Positions 33,888 to 44,155 of a stretch of DNA of 64,000 nt are shown here, one piece after another; position 1 is the stretch's first letter; every line of letters starts with the position of its first letter. A program made the position numbers and the translations under genes. The stretch spans positions 1 through 64,000 of the forward strand of contig JAWSUS010000007.1 in the NCBI GenBank assembly GCA_033549025.1. The letters are read 5' to 3'. The DNA comes from Desulfuromonadales bacterium. Lineage in GTDB: Bacteria > Desulfobacterota > Desulfuromonadia > Desulfuromonadales > SZUA-540. The notes under the pieces were generated by a model. That model had not been told where the DNA came from and searched no databases. It was given only the letters and a program-made list of their open reading frames with translations.

Positions 33888-34292
33888 ATGTCCCTCAAAT
33901 TTCTCGGACGTTACAAGGATTTTGGCTTGCTGCTGCTGCGCGTCGGCATCGGCGTCATGTTTCTCTTTCATGGTGCGCCCAAGCTCCTGGGAGGTCCGGA
34001 TAAGTGGACCAGTCTGGGCAGCGCCATGCAGTATCTCGGGGTCCACGCTTTTCCCATGTTCTGGGGTTTTTCAGCCGCCGTCACCGAGTTTTTCGGCGGC
34101 GTTTTCCTCATTCTGGGGCTCTTTTTCCGGCCGGCCTGCTTTTTTCTGGCCGTGACCATGGCCGTGGCGGTCAGCATGCACCTCGGGCGGGGCGAGGGAC
34201 TTATGGCGGCCTCTCATGCCATTGAAAACGGGATCTTCTTTCTTGGGCTGATCTTTATCGGACCGGGACGCTACAGTGTGGACAGGGGCTGA
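33888..34292 (+). CDS. DoxX family membrane protein
   Basis: LLLLRVGIG...HGAPKL and GPGRYSVD motifs. Confidence 0.85.
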   Translation: MSLKFLGRYKDFGLLLLRVGIGVMFLFHGAPKLLGGPDKWTSLGSAMQYLGVHAFPMFWGFSAAVTEFFGGVFLILGLFFRPACFFLAVTMAVAVSMHLGRGEGLMAASHAIENGIFFLGLIFIGPGRYSVDRG

Positions 34293-34313
34293 TAGGCCTC
34301 GGGGAAAGGACAT

Positions 34314-35237
34314 ATGAAGAAGCACGGTTTTGATCTGATCCAGGCCATCGGGGAAACGCCCCTGGTGGAACTGACTCGGCTGCAGCAGAATCCCCGGGTG
34401 CGGATTTTCGCCAAACTGGAAGGCAACAATCCTGGTGGTTCGGTAAAAGACCGCCCCGCCGCCTATATGATCCGCAAGGCCGAGGAAGCCGGGATTCTCG
34501 ACTCCGGAAAGGTGATTCTGGAGCCTACCTCCGGCAATACCGGCATCGCCCTGGCCATGATCGGTTCCTCCAAAGGATATCGGGTGAAGCTGGTCATGCC
34601 CGCCTGTGTGAGCCTGGAACGACGGGCCATCCTGGAGGCTTACGGGGCCGAAGTCGTCCTCTCGCCGGCTGACGAGGCCACGGATGGAGCCATCCGACTG
34701 GCCCACCGGATTCTGGAGGAAGAACCGGACCTCTACTATATGCCCAACCAGTATGGCAATCCGAACAACCCCCTGGCGCATTATGAAACGACGGGACCGG
34801 AGATCTGGCGGCAGACGGGGGGACGCCTCGACGCCTTCGTCGCCGGGATGGGAACCTCGGGGACCCTCATGGGCGTGGGTCGTTATCTGAAGGAGCAGAG
34901 GGGGGAGATTCAGATTGTCGGTGTCGAACCGCGCCTGGGCCACAAGGTGCAGGGCCTCAAAAACATGCAGGAGGCTATCGTCCCGGCTATCTATCACCAG
35001 GAGCGACTGGATGTGAAGCTGACGGTGGAGGACGAGGATGCCTTCGCTACGGCCCGGCACTTGGCCATGGACGAGGGTATCTTCGCCGGCATGTCAAGTG
35101 GGGCCGCCGTGGCGGGGGCCCTGCGTTACGCCGAGACCCTGGAAGAGGGCATTGTCGTCACTCTCTTGCCCGACCGGGGCGACCGCTACCTGAGCACCAC
35201 CCTCTTTCGTTCCGTCTGTGCCAACTGCCCGCCCTGA
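34314..35237 (+). CDS. cysM: Cysteine synthase (CysM/CysK family)
   Basis: NPGGSVKDR, TSGNTG, GMGTSGT and DRGDRYLS motifs. Confidence 0.85.
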   Translation: MKKHGFDLIQAIGETPLVELTRLQQNPRVRIFAKLEGNNPGGSVKDRPAAYMIRKAEEAGILDSGKVILEPTSGNTGIALAMIGSSKGYRVKLVMPACVSLERRAILEAYGAEVVLSPADEATDGAIRLAHRILEEEPDLYYMPNQYGNPNNPLAHYETTGPEIWRQTGGRLDAFVAGMGTSGTLMGVGRYLKEQRGEIQIVGVEPRLGHKVQGLKNMQEAIVPAIYHQERLDVKLTVEDEDAFATARHLAMDEGIFAGMSSGAAVAGALRYAETLEEGIVVTLLPDRGDRYLSTTLFRSVCANCPP

Positions 35238-35285
35238 TTTTTTCCTCGCCTTACATCGTCGGCCAGAGCTTTTCAATCTGGCTGG

Positions 35286-35328
35286 AAAAGCGGCTCACCG
35301 AGACCTTTCGGGAGCCGTTTTTATTTTT
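35286..35328 (+). terminator. Intrinsic terminator after the cysteine synthase gene
   Basis: AAAAGCGGCTC...GAGCCGTTTTT hairpin with a T tail. Confidence 0.6.
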
Positions 35329-35411
35329 ACGGCGGCGAAAAAGGCCGAGTTGACAGGCCCCAAACATCCGTTAGATTGAAGGAGTATGCCAACTCAACAG
35401 GAGGTGACGTC

Positions 35412-36521
35412 ATGAAGCGAACCATAGCCATGGTAGTGGCCGGGGGAATCTGGCTGCTCATAGCGGGCCTGCCGGTTCTGGCGGCTGAATTGCCCCTGGG
35501 CTTGCCGCCCGTGCCGATTCCTGAGGACAATCCCCAAACACCGGAGAAGATTGCCCTGGGTCAGCAGCTTTACGAGGATAAACGGTTCAGTGCCGACGGC
35601 ACCGTGGCCTGTGCCAACTGCCATCTGCTGGAAAAAGCCTTCGTCGATGGACTGCCGGTCTCCGAAGGGGTTGGCCAGCAGAAAGGCACCCGCAACGCTC
35701 CTACGGTGATCAATGCGGTGTATTACAAGGAACAGTTCTGGGACGGCCGCCGGCCCACCTTGGAAGAGCAGGCCAAAGATCCCTTTGTCAATCCGGTGGA
35801 ACATGGCCTCGAAACTCACGACCCCATTCTAGAGATTGTGCGCGCCAATCCGGACTATGTAAGACAGTTTGAAAAGGTGTTCGGGCTAAAGTCAGCTGAG
35901 ATCACTATCGATCACGTGGTTAAGGCTATTGCGAGCTTTGAGCGTACCATCATCTCGGGAAATTCGCCGTTTGATCGTTACCAGTACGGGGGCGACAAAA
36001 CGGCCATGTCCGAGGCGGCCATTCGAGGGCTGAATATCTATCTCGACAAAGGGCGCTGCCAGAGTTGCCACACCATCGGTGAACAAGATGCCCTGTTCAC
36101 CAACAACGATTACCATAATCTGGGCGTGGGGCTCGCCAAGATTGAACCACGCCTGAGGGAGATCGTCACCGCCTTCCGAAAAGCTCAGGCTGCCGGCGAA
36201 AATGTCGATGAAAAAGTGCTTACGGACGCCGACGTCTCTGAATTGGGGCGTTTTGCCATCACCTTGCGTCCTGCGGATATCGGCAAGTTCAAGACTTCGG
36301 GTTTGCGGAATATTGCCGTGACCGCCCCCTATATGCATGACGGCAGTCTCAACACCCTGGAAGAAGTGATCGACTTGTACGACCGGGGCGGCGAGGCCAA
36401 TCCCATGCTTGATGGCGGTATTCGGGTTCTCAATCTGACCGATCAGGAAAAGGCCGACCTCATTGAATTTCTGAAGCACCTGACCAGCCCGGAATATGCT
36501 CATCTGGCAACCCAAAATTGA
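35412..36521 (+). CDS. Di-heme cytochrome c peroxidase/MauG-family protein
   Basis: Signal peptide; CANCH and CQSCH; RNAPTV, QFWDGR and TAPYMHDG motifs. Confidence 0.9.
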   Translation: MKRTIAMVVAGGIWLLIAGLPVLAAELPLGLPPVPIPEDNPQTPEKIALGQQLYEDKRFSADGTVACANCHLLEKAFVDGLPVSEGVGQQKGTRNAPTVINAVYYKEQFWDGRRPTLEEQAKDPFVNPVEHGLETHDPILEIVRANPDYVRQFEKVFGLKSAEITIDHVVKAIASFERTIISGNSPFDRYQYGGDKTAMSEAAIRGLNIYLDKGRCQSCHTIGEQDALFTNNDYHNLGVGLAKIEPRLREIVTAFRKAQAAGENVDEKVLTDADVSELGRFAITLRPADIGKFKTSGLRNIAVTAPYMHDGSLNTLEEVIDLYDRGGEANPMLDGGIRVLNLTDQEKADLIEFLKHLTSPEYAHLATQN

Positions 36522-36534
36522 TCAAGGAGGCATC

Positions 36535-37611
36535 ATGAGCACGAAGGTCAATCGAAGAATTTTTCTGAAGCAGCTGGGGGTGGCCGCGGCCATGACGGCA
36601 GTACCTTTGAATCTGGTCGAAGTCGCTTGGGGCCAGGAAAAGGGGGAGAATTTCACTTTCGCGTACATCTCCGACCCTCACATTACCCACATCAGCGGCA
36701 GCAAGTTTGTCAACAATTTCGACAAGGGCCTCGAAAAAGCCATTGCCGAAGTCAACTTCATGTGGCCGCAGCCCGATTTCGTCGTCTTTGGCGGCGATCT
36801 GGCCCAACTGGGAAAAAAGGAAGAGCTCGATCATGGTTTGGAAATGATGTCCAAGCTCACAGTTCCGGTCAAATACGTCATCGGCGAACACGACTATTAT
36901 CTCGACCTGGGACAGTACTGGGAAGAGAAGATCAGCAAGCTTTATTACAGCTTCGATCACAAGGGCGTGCACTTTGTGGTGCTTAACAGCATCCTGACCG
37001 ATGATGACTGGACCCACAAACGCTGGCCGACGGCCATGGAACGCATGCTGCAGATGGCCCGACTCGATAATCCCAACGGGTCGCCCTTCATGGTCAAGGA
37101 AGCGCAGCGCCAATGGCTTAAACAGGATCTCGCCAACGTGGAAAAAAATAACCCCGTCGTGGTGATGTCGCATTCCCCGCTCTACAAGGTGTACAAGGGG
37201 TGGAACTTCTGGACGGAGGATGCCGAAGAGGTGCAGACCCTCTTGAAGCCTTTCAAAAAGGTGACCGTTCTACATGGGCATGTCCATCAGATCATGTACA
37301 ACCAGATCGGCAATATTTCTTTCCACGCCATGATGTCCACCGGTTGGCCCTGGCCCTATCCCGTCAGTTACAGTCAGGCTGCCAATGCCGTGCCCAAGAT
37401 GACCGTGTTTATGAACCGGGCCGATCCCTTCCATGAGCGGGATGCCACGGGCTGGTCGGCAATAAACCTCGAGAATGGCCGGGTTATCAACAACCTGGAA
37501 CTCTGGCAGAACACGCCCCGTTCGGTGCGCTTTGACGAAAAGGCCAAGCAGCCGGTCGACAGCCAATACCAGGATCCGGCCGACCAGATACCCCCTCAGA
37601 TTCATTACTGA
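36535..37611 (+). CDS. Tat-exported calcineurin-like metallophosphoesterase
   Basis: NRRIFLK Tat motif; SDPH, GGDL, GEHD, MSH and GHVH metal-binding motifs. Confidence 0.8.
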   Translation: MSTKVNRRIFLKQLGVAAAMTAVPLNLVEVAWGQEKGENFTFAYISDPHITHISGSKFVNNFDKGLEKAIAEVNFMWPQPDFVVFGGDLAQLGKKEELDHGLEMMSKLTVPVKYVIGEHDYYLDLGQYWEEKISKLYYSFDHKGVHFVVLNSILTDDDWTHKRWPTAMERMLQMARLDNPNGSPFMVKEAQRQWLKQDLANVEKNNPVVVMSHSPLYKVYKGWNFWTEDAEEVQTLLKPFKKVTVLHGHVHQIMYNQIGNISFHAMMSTGWPWPYPVSYSQAANAVPKMTVFMNRADPFHERDATGWSAINLENGRVINNLELWQNTPRSVRFDEKAKQPVDSQYQDPADQIPPQIHY

Positions 37612-37635
37612 TTTTCAGAAAAAGGAGGATCACCC

Positions 37636-38046
37636 ATGGGAAAATCTCTGCTCCGTGGTGTTCTGGCCTTGGCGATGGTCTTCGTGATGATGCCGGCGGC
37701 CATGGCTGATGAGTTCACCAAAGAAGATCTGGCCAAGTGGGAAAAAGATTTTATGGCCGTCGTCGAGGAAGGGGACAAGCTTTTTCATAGCGCTTTGGGG
37801 AGTAATGCCGTTTCCTGTGATATGTGCCATCCCAACGCGACCAACACCCATCCCGAGACCTATCCAAAAGTTCAGAAGCAGCTGGGCAAGGTCGCCTCGC
37901 TCCGGGACATGATCAACTGGTGCATCAAAAATCCTCTTGAAGGTGAGGGGATGGAGCTGGCAGCTGACGACCCGAAAATGATTGCCCTGGAGGCCTATAT
38001 TCATTACGAGCGTCGCGGTGTTCCGCTGGCGCCGGGCAAACACTGA
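37636..38046 (+). CDS. Periplasmic monoheme cytochrome c (SoxA-domain-like)
   Basis: Signal peptide, CDMCH, and MINWC with a possible Cys ligand. Confidence 0.8.
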   Translation: MGKSLLRGVLALAMVFVMMPAAMADEFTKEDLAKWEKDFMAVVEEGDKLFHSALGSNAVSCDMCHPNATNTHPETYPKVQKQLGKVASLRDMINWCIKNPLEGEGMELAADDPKMIALEAYIHYERRGVPLAPGKH

Positions 38047-38246
38047 TCCCTTCTGAAGAGGGGTGGCTCACTGGAGCTGCCCCTCTCTAAGAACCCGGCC
38101 TGACCCCTTTGATGAGCGATCCCTCCATTCTGCCTTTTCCTTTGCTGGTTCACGCGAAACACCATAATTGCTCTGAATTTTCCTCGAAAATTCTGGTATT
38201 CTGAAAAAACCCTGTCGGAAAATTTGCGATGAAGTGCGGAGACACC

Positions 38247-40700
38247 ATGCTAAAAAAGCTTCTGTCTATCCTGATTCTGCTCGTTTGCGTTTTATCGGCC
38301 CATGCCGAAGAGTCCACTCCTGAAGAGGAGTCCGCCGTCGTTTACCCGGGGGTGGCCGAGGTTGTGCCTTCTTTAGCCAGACTTCAGACGCAGACAACCA
38401 ATGCTCTCACCAAAACGCGTGATCTTGAAAATCTGTCGGACACGAAATCTCAGATCGAGCAGCTTCGCGTCAGGCAGGAGAAGCTTGGGCGCTGGATAAA
38501 AGAACAGGGCGATCCTGCCGGGTGGAATTACGACCGCTTGGCTGAAACGGTGTCCAAATTGACGGCACAAGAGGTCGAACTGGACAGGATAATGTCCGCC
38601 CTCGTCGAAAAAGTAGCGGAATTGGAGAAATTAAAAGAAGCATGGAAAGAGCGTCAGATTTATTGGCGGGATTGGCAGGATTCATTGACTTCTTCCGAAG
38701 CGAAGGTGGCGACGGAATCATTCAATAACGCCTCGGATCTCACGGCGGAAGTCCTTCAGGCCATTGAAAAGGCGATGCCAAGCCTGGTCGATCGGCAGAA
38801 AGAAGTGACCGCCCTGCAAGCGGCCAGCCGGGAAATGAGAACCGAAATCGAGTCCTACATGAAGGATTTTCGGCGGCAAACCTTCAGTAAAACAGGGGCC
38901 CCTTTTTATTCCCGCCAGTTTTATGCGGCTTTCAATGCTGACCTGCTCGATGCCGTGCTGGCTGGAGTGCACTCCGTGAAGGGGCAAGCCACGGGGTTTT
39001 GGCAGCGACAAGGCTGGGTTGCCCTTTTTCAGGCCATGCTGGCCCTGGGGTTGGCTGGCTTTATAAAGAGGTACAGGCGCTTGGCCGAGGTTACTCAGGA
39101 GTGGCACTTTATTCTTGACCACCCCTGGGCGACAGGAGTGTTCGTCTCCATCGTTTCTCTCGGTTTTCTTTACACCGATGTCCCGGGACCTTACCGCCTG
39201 GGGCTTTGGGCCTTGGCCGCCTTTTCCGCGGCGGTTCTGACGGCAGGCCTGCTTAAAAATCCCCGAAAAATTGCCATGGTTTACTCCGTGGCGATCCTTT
39301 CTGTTCTCTCAGTGGCCTTGCAGTTGATCTCCTTGCCCTCGCCGCTCTACCGGCTTTACCTGGCCACGATCGCCATGGTTGGCATTCCCTTCCTGCTGTT
39401 TATGGCCAAAGGCAATCAGAAGGTTCACAGCGGTCGGGTCAATGGCTTTACCTTGCTGCTTCGTCTGGGGGCGGGTGTCCTGCTGGTTTCTCTCGTCGCC
39501 CAGATTGGCGGTTTCAGTAATCTGGCTTCCCGTTTGATTGAGTCCAGCGTTGAGACCATTTTTCTCTACATTTTTACGACCATGAGCATTCGGCTGGGTC
39601 ATGGCGGAATCGATTTTCTCTTCAGTCGGCCCGCCTTCAGGACGAAACTTTTTTTCATCCAATTTGGCGTCGAGCTTCAAAACCGCCTGAAAGGGCTGGT
39701 AAAGGTCGCCTTCCTGGTCTTTGCCATCCTCTATTTGAGCCAGATCTGGGGCCTCTATGCGTCTGCCGGGCAGGCCGTGGATCAGATTCTGGGCTACAGT
39801 TTTACCCTCGGCGAAATCACGATTTCCGTCGAAATGATTTTGCTGGTGGCATTCACCGTTTATGTCTCCATTGTAGTCTCCTGGTTTTTAAAAGCTGTAC
39901 TTGAAGCGGAGATTTTCCCCAGAAAACACTACGATCGAGGGGTACGAGATGCTATCAAAAAATTGCTCCACTATTCTCTGGTTCTGCTCGGCTTTCTGTT
40001 GGCCCTTAGCATTGCGGGTATTGAACTGAAGAACCTGGCCGTTGTTCTTGGCGCCTTTGGTATCGGCATCGGTTTCGGTTTGCAGAATATTGTCAATAAT
40101 TTCGTCAGTGGCCTCATCCTGCTTTTTGAGCGACCGGTCAAGGTGGGTGACACTCTCGTTGTCGATGACGAGTGGGGGCTGGTCAAAAAGATCGGGTTAC
40201 GCTCGACCATTGTGGAAACCTATAACCGGGCCGAAATCATCGTCCCCAACTCGGACCTGATCTCCCAGAAGGTAACCAACTGGAGTCTTTCCACGCGGGT
40301 GGCGCGGGTGGTTCTCCCCGTGGGGGTAGCGTACGGAAGCCATGTTGAGAAAGTACTGAGCATTCTTGGGGAGGCAGCCAGGGCGAACCCGGATGTCCTG
40401 AGTGATCCTGAACCATCTCCCATTTTTACAGGATTCGGTGACAGCTCGCTTGACTTCGAACTCAGGGTCTGGGTCGAGGATGTCGGCCAGATGTTGGCGG
40501 TGAAAAGCTGGCTGGGCCAATATGTGGACAAACGTTTTCGTGAGGAGGGGGTGGAGATCCCCTTTCCGCAGAGAGATCTTCATGTACGATCCATCGACTC
40601 GGTGGTGCTGTCCAGCTTGAGAGAGAATACGCCGAGCCGTCAGGACGAAAAAAACCCGCAAGAAACTCCTGCCTCCGGGCAGGAGTCCTTGCGGGAGTGA
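38247..40700 (+). CDS. Large MscS/MscK-family mechanosensitive channel
   Basis: Periplasmic coiled coil, many TMs, GIGFGLQNIVNNFVSG and IPFPQRDLH motifs. Confidence 0.9.
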   Translation: MLKKLLSILILLVCVLSAHAEESTPEEESAVVYPGVAEVVPSLARLQTQTTNALTKTRDLENLSDTKSQIEQLRVRQEKLGRWIKEQGDPAGWNYDRLAETVSKLTAQEVELDRIMSALVEKVAELEKLKEAWKERQIYWRDWQDSLTSSEAKVATESFNNASDLTAEVLQAIEKAMPSLVDRQKEVTALQAASREMRTEIESYMKDFRRQTFSKTGAPFYSRQFYAAFNADLLDAVLAGVHSVKGQATGFWQRQGWVALFQAMLALGLAGFIKRYRRLAEVTQEWHFILDHPWATGVFVSIVSLGFLYTDVPGPYRLGLWALAAFSAAVLTAGLLKNPRKIAMVYSVAILSVLSVALQLISLPSPLYRLYLATIAMVGIPFLLFMAKGNQKVHSGRVNGFTLLLRLGAGVLLVSLVAQIGGFSNLASRLIESSVETIFLYIFTTMSIRLGHGGIDFLFSRPAFRTKLFFIQFGVELQNRLKGLVKVAFLVFAILYLSQIWGLYASAGQAVDQILGYSFTLGEITISVEMILLVAFTVYVSIVVSWFLKAVLEAEIFPRKHYDRGVRDAIKKLLHYSLVLLGFLLALSIAGIELKNLAVVLGAFGIGIGFGLQNIVNNFVSGLILLFERPVKVGDTLVVDDEWGLVKKIGLRSTIVETYNRAEIIVPNSDLISQKVTNWSLSTRVARVVLPVGVAYGSHVEKVLSILGEAARANPDVLSDPEPSPIFTGFGDSSLDFELRVWVEDVGQMLAVKSWLGQYVDKRFREEGVEIPFPQRDLHVRSIDSVVLSSLRENTPSRQDEKNPQETPASGQESLRE

Positions 40701-40731
40701 GTTCAAAAACTTTTCTGGTGGATAAAGGCTG

Positions 40732-41079
40732 TCAATCCCAGTTTTTGGAAAGTTTCTTTTTTTGTTTTTCCAGGGATTTCTGGCCGCTCTCGATGGCATC
40801 GACGAATTGACGGCGCCATTCCTCGGCGACCTCTTCTCCCTGGCTCAACATTTCGCTCGTTCGATCGTTGAGGTCTTCGACAAAATCCGCCAATGAGTGG
40901 ACCGTGTCCTGAATCCGGGCTTCCGCCTCGTTCCGAACTTTTTTGGAGTAGCGGACGATCTGTTTTCGCGTTTTTTTGCCCGACTGCGGGGCAAAGAGCA
41001 ACGCCAGGCCTGCTCCAATGACTCCTCCGGCGACCAACATCATGGCCCCCACGGTAGCGTTGTTTTCCCTCTCGCTCAT
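40732..41079 (-). CDS. YtxH-domain protein
   Basis: GAGLALLFAPQSGKKTR motif. Confidence 0.85.
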   Translation of the reverse strand: MSERENNATVGAMMLVAGGVIGAGLALLFAPQSGKKTRKQIVRYSKKVRNEAEARIQDTVHSLADFVEDLNDRTSEMLSQGEEVAEEWRRQFVDAIESGQKSLEKQKKKLSKNWD

Positions 41080-41242
41080 GGCATCCTCCTTATTTTTGAG
41101 TGGCATTTTCATTTAATCATAAAATAGACCTCCCGCAAGAAGCTTTGCTGATAACAAATAATGGGGATCGACCCAACCAGGTGTTGAGAGGGGGAGAGAA
41201 ACGTGCTAATTTGTCGCAGCCAATGGCAGGAAGGGGTTGCGA

Positions 41243-42232
41243 ATGAATAAGCGTCCTTGCATGGAAGTTCTCGGTACGGGACGGGCGGTGCCCGAAAAAA
41301 TTCTGACCAACCAGGATCTGGAGAAGATGGTAGACACTTCAGATGAATGGATTTTGGCGCGAACCGGCATTCGGCAGAGGCATATCGCCGAACCGGGGGT
41401 GCCTCTCTCTTTCTTTGCCGCCCGGGCGGCCCGGGAAGCTCTGGCTGATGCCGGAGTCGCCGCGGAGGAGATAGATCTGATTATTCTCGGTACGGTGACT
41501 GGGGACAGCAAGTTTCCCGCCACCGCCTGTGTCGTTCAAGACCTGATCGGAGCCAAAAAGGCGGCCGCTTTTGATATCTCGGCGGCGTGCGCCGGTTTTC
41601 TCTACGGACTGCAGCTGGCCGAAAGTATGATGGTCATGCAGGGGTATCGGCGGATATTGTTGATCGGGGGCGAGGTCCTTTCTTCCATGGTGAACTGGAA
41701 GGACCGCGATACCTGTGTGCTATTCGGCGATGGGGTGGGTGCCGTCGTGCTGGGTCCCACGCAAGATGCCAAGGGAGTGCTTGCCACCTATCTTCGCAGT
41801 GATGGCGCTTTTCGCGATCTTCTTTACAGCCCGGGCTGCGGCAGCCTGAATCCCCCCAGCCATGAAAACGTCGACAAGATGCTGCATACCATTCGCATGG
41901 AAGGTCGCGAGGTGTTCCGCCACGCGGTGACATCCATGGCCGATGCCCTCAATCAGGCTCTCGATCAGGCCGGCCTTGTCGTGGAAGACCTGGATCTGCT
42001 CATACCCCACCAGGCCAACCTTCGCATAATCGAGGCGGTAGGCAAGCGCTTTCGGCTTTCTGCGGACAAAATTTACGTCAACGTGGATCGCTACGGCAAC
42101 ACCTCGGCCGCCTCCATTCCTATAGCGCTGGACGAGGCGCGCAAAACCGGGCGTATTGCTTCAGGTTCCCTTGTCGGCATGGTGACGTTCGGCGCCGGCT
42201 TTACCTGGGCGGCCGCCGTGATCCGTTTCTGA
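41243..42232 (+). CDS. fabH: 3-oxoacyl-ACP synthase III
   Basis: DTSDEWI, AACAGF, PHQAN and YGNTSAAS motifs. Confidence 0.93.
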   Translation: MNKRPCMEVLGTGRAVPEKILTNQDLEKMVDTSDEWILARTGIRQRHIAEPGVPLSFFAARAAREALADAGVAAEEIDLIILGTVTGDSKFPATACVVQDLIGAKKAAAFDISAACAGFLYGLQLAESMMVMQGYRRILLIGGEVLSSMVNWKDRDTCVLFGDGVGAVVLGPTQDAKGVLATYLRSDGAFRDLLYSPGCGSLNPPSHENVDKMLHTIRMEGREVFRHAVTSMADALNQALDQAGLVVEDLDLLIPHQANLRIIEAVGKRFRLSADKIYVNVDRYGNTSAASIPIALDEARKTGRIASGSLVGMVTFGAGFTWAAAVIRF

Positions 42233-42418
42233 CCCTCTCTTTTTGTCTCCCCTGCTTGCCTTGATATCTTTTTGCGGTAAACTGAAATCAAAAGGAAAGG
42301 AGGACTAAGGGAATCGAGACATCACAAACGGACATAGAAAAATCGTCCCCGATGGGGGATATTCATCGTTCTGCCCCGCAGGACGAAGATGCCGGCAGTA
42401 AAAACCCGGCGGAAAAGT

Positions 42419-42453
42419 AAAAGGCCTCTCGACGGTACATCGAGAGGCCTTTT
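42419..42453. terminator. Bidirectional terminator between convergent fabH and the cytochrome gene
   Basis: AAAAGGCCTCTCGA...TCGAGAGGCCTTTT. Confidence 0.7.
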
Positions 42454-42467
42454 GACGTCAAAAAGGA

Positions 42468-43910
42468 TTACTCGCCCCGCAGTTTTCGAAGGACCTCCGG
42501 ATTTTCTTCATCTTCAGCCAGAATGACATGACAGGTCATGCAGTCGCCGGAAATCGTCTGACCATCCTCGCTTTCGTGCATGTCGTCATGGCAGCGAAAG
42601 CAGCCAATATCAAAGTTTTCCCCATGCCCAATATGATTGATGTAGGTGTTCCAGGCAATATTCATGCTGGGCCAGACGTTTTGTCGGTAGGCCGCCTGGG
42701 TTCCGCGTATGGCTGTCTGCAGCCATTGGGGTTTAGACGCCAACAGGTCGGGGTATCGTTCTTTGTACCAGGTCGTCAGGCGCTCGGCGATGGCGGTTTC
42801 CGCTTCATCCTGGCTGGTGTAGCTGGCGGTGATGGCGACAAGAGCCTGCTCCTTGATGAAAGGCAATTGTCTGGGAATCGCGCCGGAGAGGAGCTTTTCA
42901 TCCAGGGCCGCCTCTGGGCTGCGATAAATGTGAGTGGGCCGATTGTGGCAATCGATACAATCCATCTCTCTTGTTTCCAGGTGTTCCGTATCTTCTTGGG
43001 TGCCTGAACGGAAAACGGTCTGGGTGCCGTCGGCCCGGGTCAGGGTGACTACCGGTATAGTCAGGCGTTTTTCGTCGGATTGATAAGTAATGGTGTTTTC
43101 AGGCGCAACGTGCCAGTGGATGCCGTGGGCATTTTCTGTCAGGTTTCCCGCCGAGCCGATTTTCATCAGCATTACCGTCTGAACGTGGGTGTTTTTGTCG
43201 TCAGCCAGGAACTTGTCGTTGACGATGAGTTTTTCGCCGTGGAACTTTTCGGGCTGATGGCATTCTTCGCAGGTTTCGCGGGCGGGGCGCAAGCCATGAA
43301 CCGGCGTCGCAATCGGACGCGGATAGGTGTCGAGAGCGACGGCGAACAACTGCCTGGCCCCGGATATTTTAGACTTCACGAACCAGGTGGCACCAGAGCC
43401 GATATGGCACTCTACACAGTTGACCCGCGAGTGGGGGGAATTTTGGTAGGCGGTATATTCCGGTTCCATGACTGTGTGGCAGAACTTGCCGCAAAAGGCA
43501 TTGGATTCGAGGTAGTGATAGCCGCTGTAGCCGAGCAGGGAAAAGATGAAAAGGTTGGCACCGGTCAGAAAGATGCCGAGAAAAATGAGTTTGCGTACGC
43601 GGGCAAACCGCGTTTCGTCCGTAAAATGTTCTTTCAGGTAATCCAGCGTAAAAAGACGGACCTCCTCTTTCCCCTTCAGGAAAAACAGGCCCACAAAGAC
43701 CATTGCCAGTCCCCCCATGAAGGCGGGCCCGAGAATCATGTAAATGATGGCCCCCATGTAGGGATTGTCAATGTGCCACAGGGAATCGATTATCACCAGT
43801 CCGAGCAGAAAAGGGAATACCGCCGTGGTGATAATGGCTCCGACCAGAGAAACTCTGCTGCGAGCTATGCCTTTAAAAAATGCATCCAGGATGTTTTTCA
43901 GGTTTCCCAT
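42468..43910 (-). CDS. Inner-membrane NapC/NirT-type multiheme cytochrome c, ImcH-like
   Basis: Three N-terminal TMs; CGKFCH, CVECH, CEECH, CIDCH, CFRCH and CMTCH; GATWFVKSKISG. Confidence 0.8.
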   Translation of the reverse strand: MGNLKNILDAFFKGIARSRVSLVGAIITTAVFPFLLGLVIIDSLWHIDNPYMGAIIYMILGPAFMGGLAMVFVGLFFLKGKEEVRLFTLDYLKEHFTDETRFARVRKLIFLGIFLTGANLFIFSLLGYSGYHYLESNAFCGKFCHTVMEPEYTAYQNSPHSRVNCVECHIGSGATWFVKSKISGARQLFAVALDTYPRPIATPVHGLRPARETCEECHQPEKFHGEKLIVNDKFLADDKNTHVQTVMLMKIGSAGNLTENAHGIHWHVAPENTITYQSDEKRLTIPVVTLTRADGTQTVFRSGTQEDTEHLETREMDCIDCHNRPTHIYRSPEAALDEKLLSGAIPRQLPFIKEQALVAITASYTSQDEAETAIAERLTTWYKERYPDLLASKPQWLQTAIRGTQAAYRQNVWPSMNIAWNTYINHIGHGENFDIGCFRCHDDMHESEDGQTISGDCMTCHVILAEDEENPEVLRKLRGE

Positions 43911-44031
43911 GCCGTTGCCTCCTGTTGTGGGGGTGGAAAGGTGTCAGCGCCCAGTGTTTCGATGTCATATCATAAGTATAGCGGGTTTCAGTCAGGATAG
44001 CGTCCCGCCAGATCTCGGCAGGCCTGATTGT

Positions 44032-44069
44032 AAAAAAAGGCTACAACCCCATACTGAGTTGCAGCCTTT
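44032..44069 (-). terminator. Putative terminator downstream of the 73-aa microprotein gene
   Basis: AAAAAAAGGCTACAAC...GTTGCAGCCTTT hairpin; T-tract on the minus strand. Confidence 0.5.
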
Positions 44070-44155
44070 AATGTCAACACCCTGAAAATACATAGATAGA
44101 AAGCGTATACAACGAAAGAGAATGTGACCTCAGGGTGCTTTCGAACGCCTACAGG

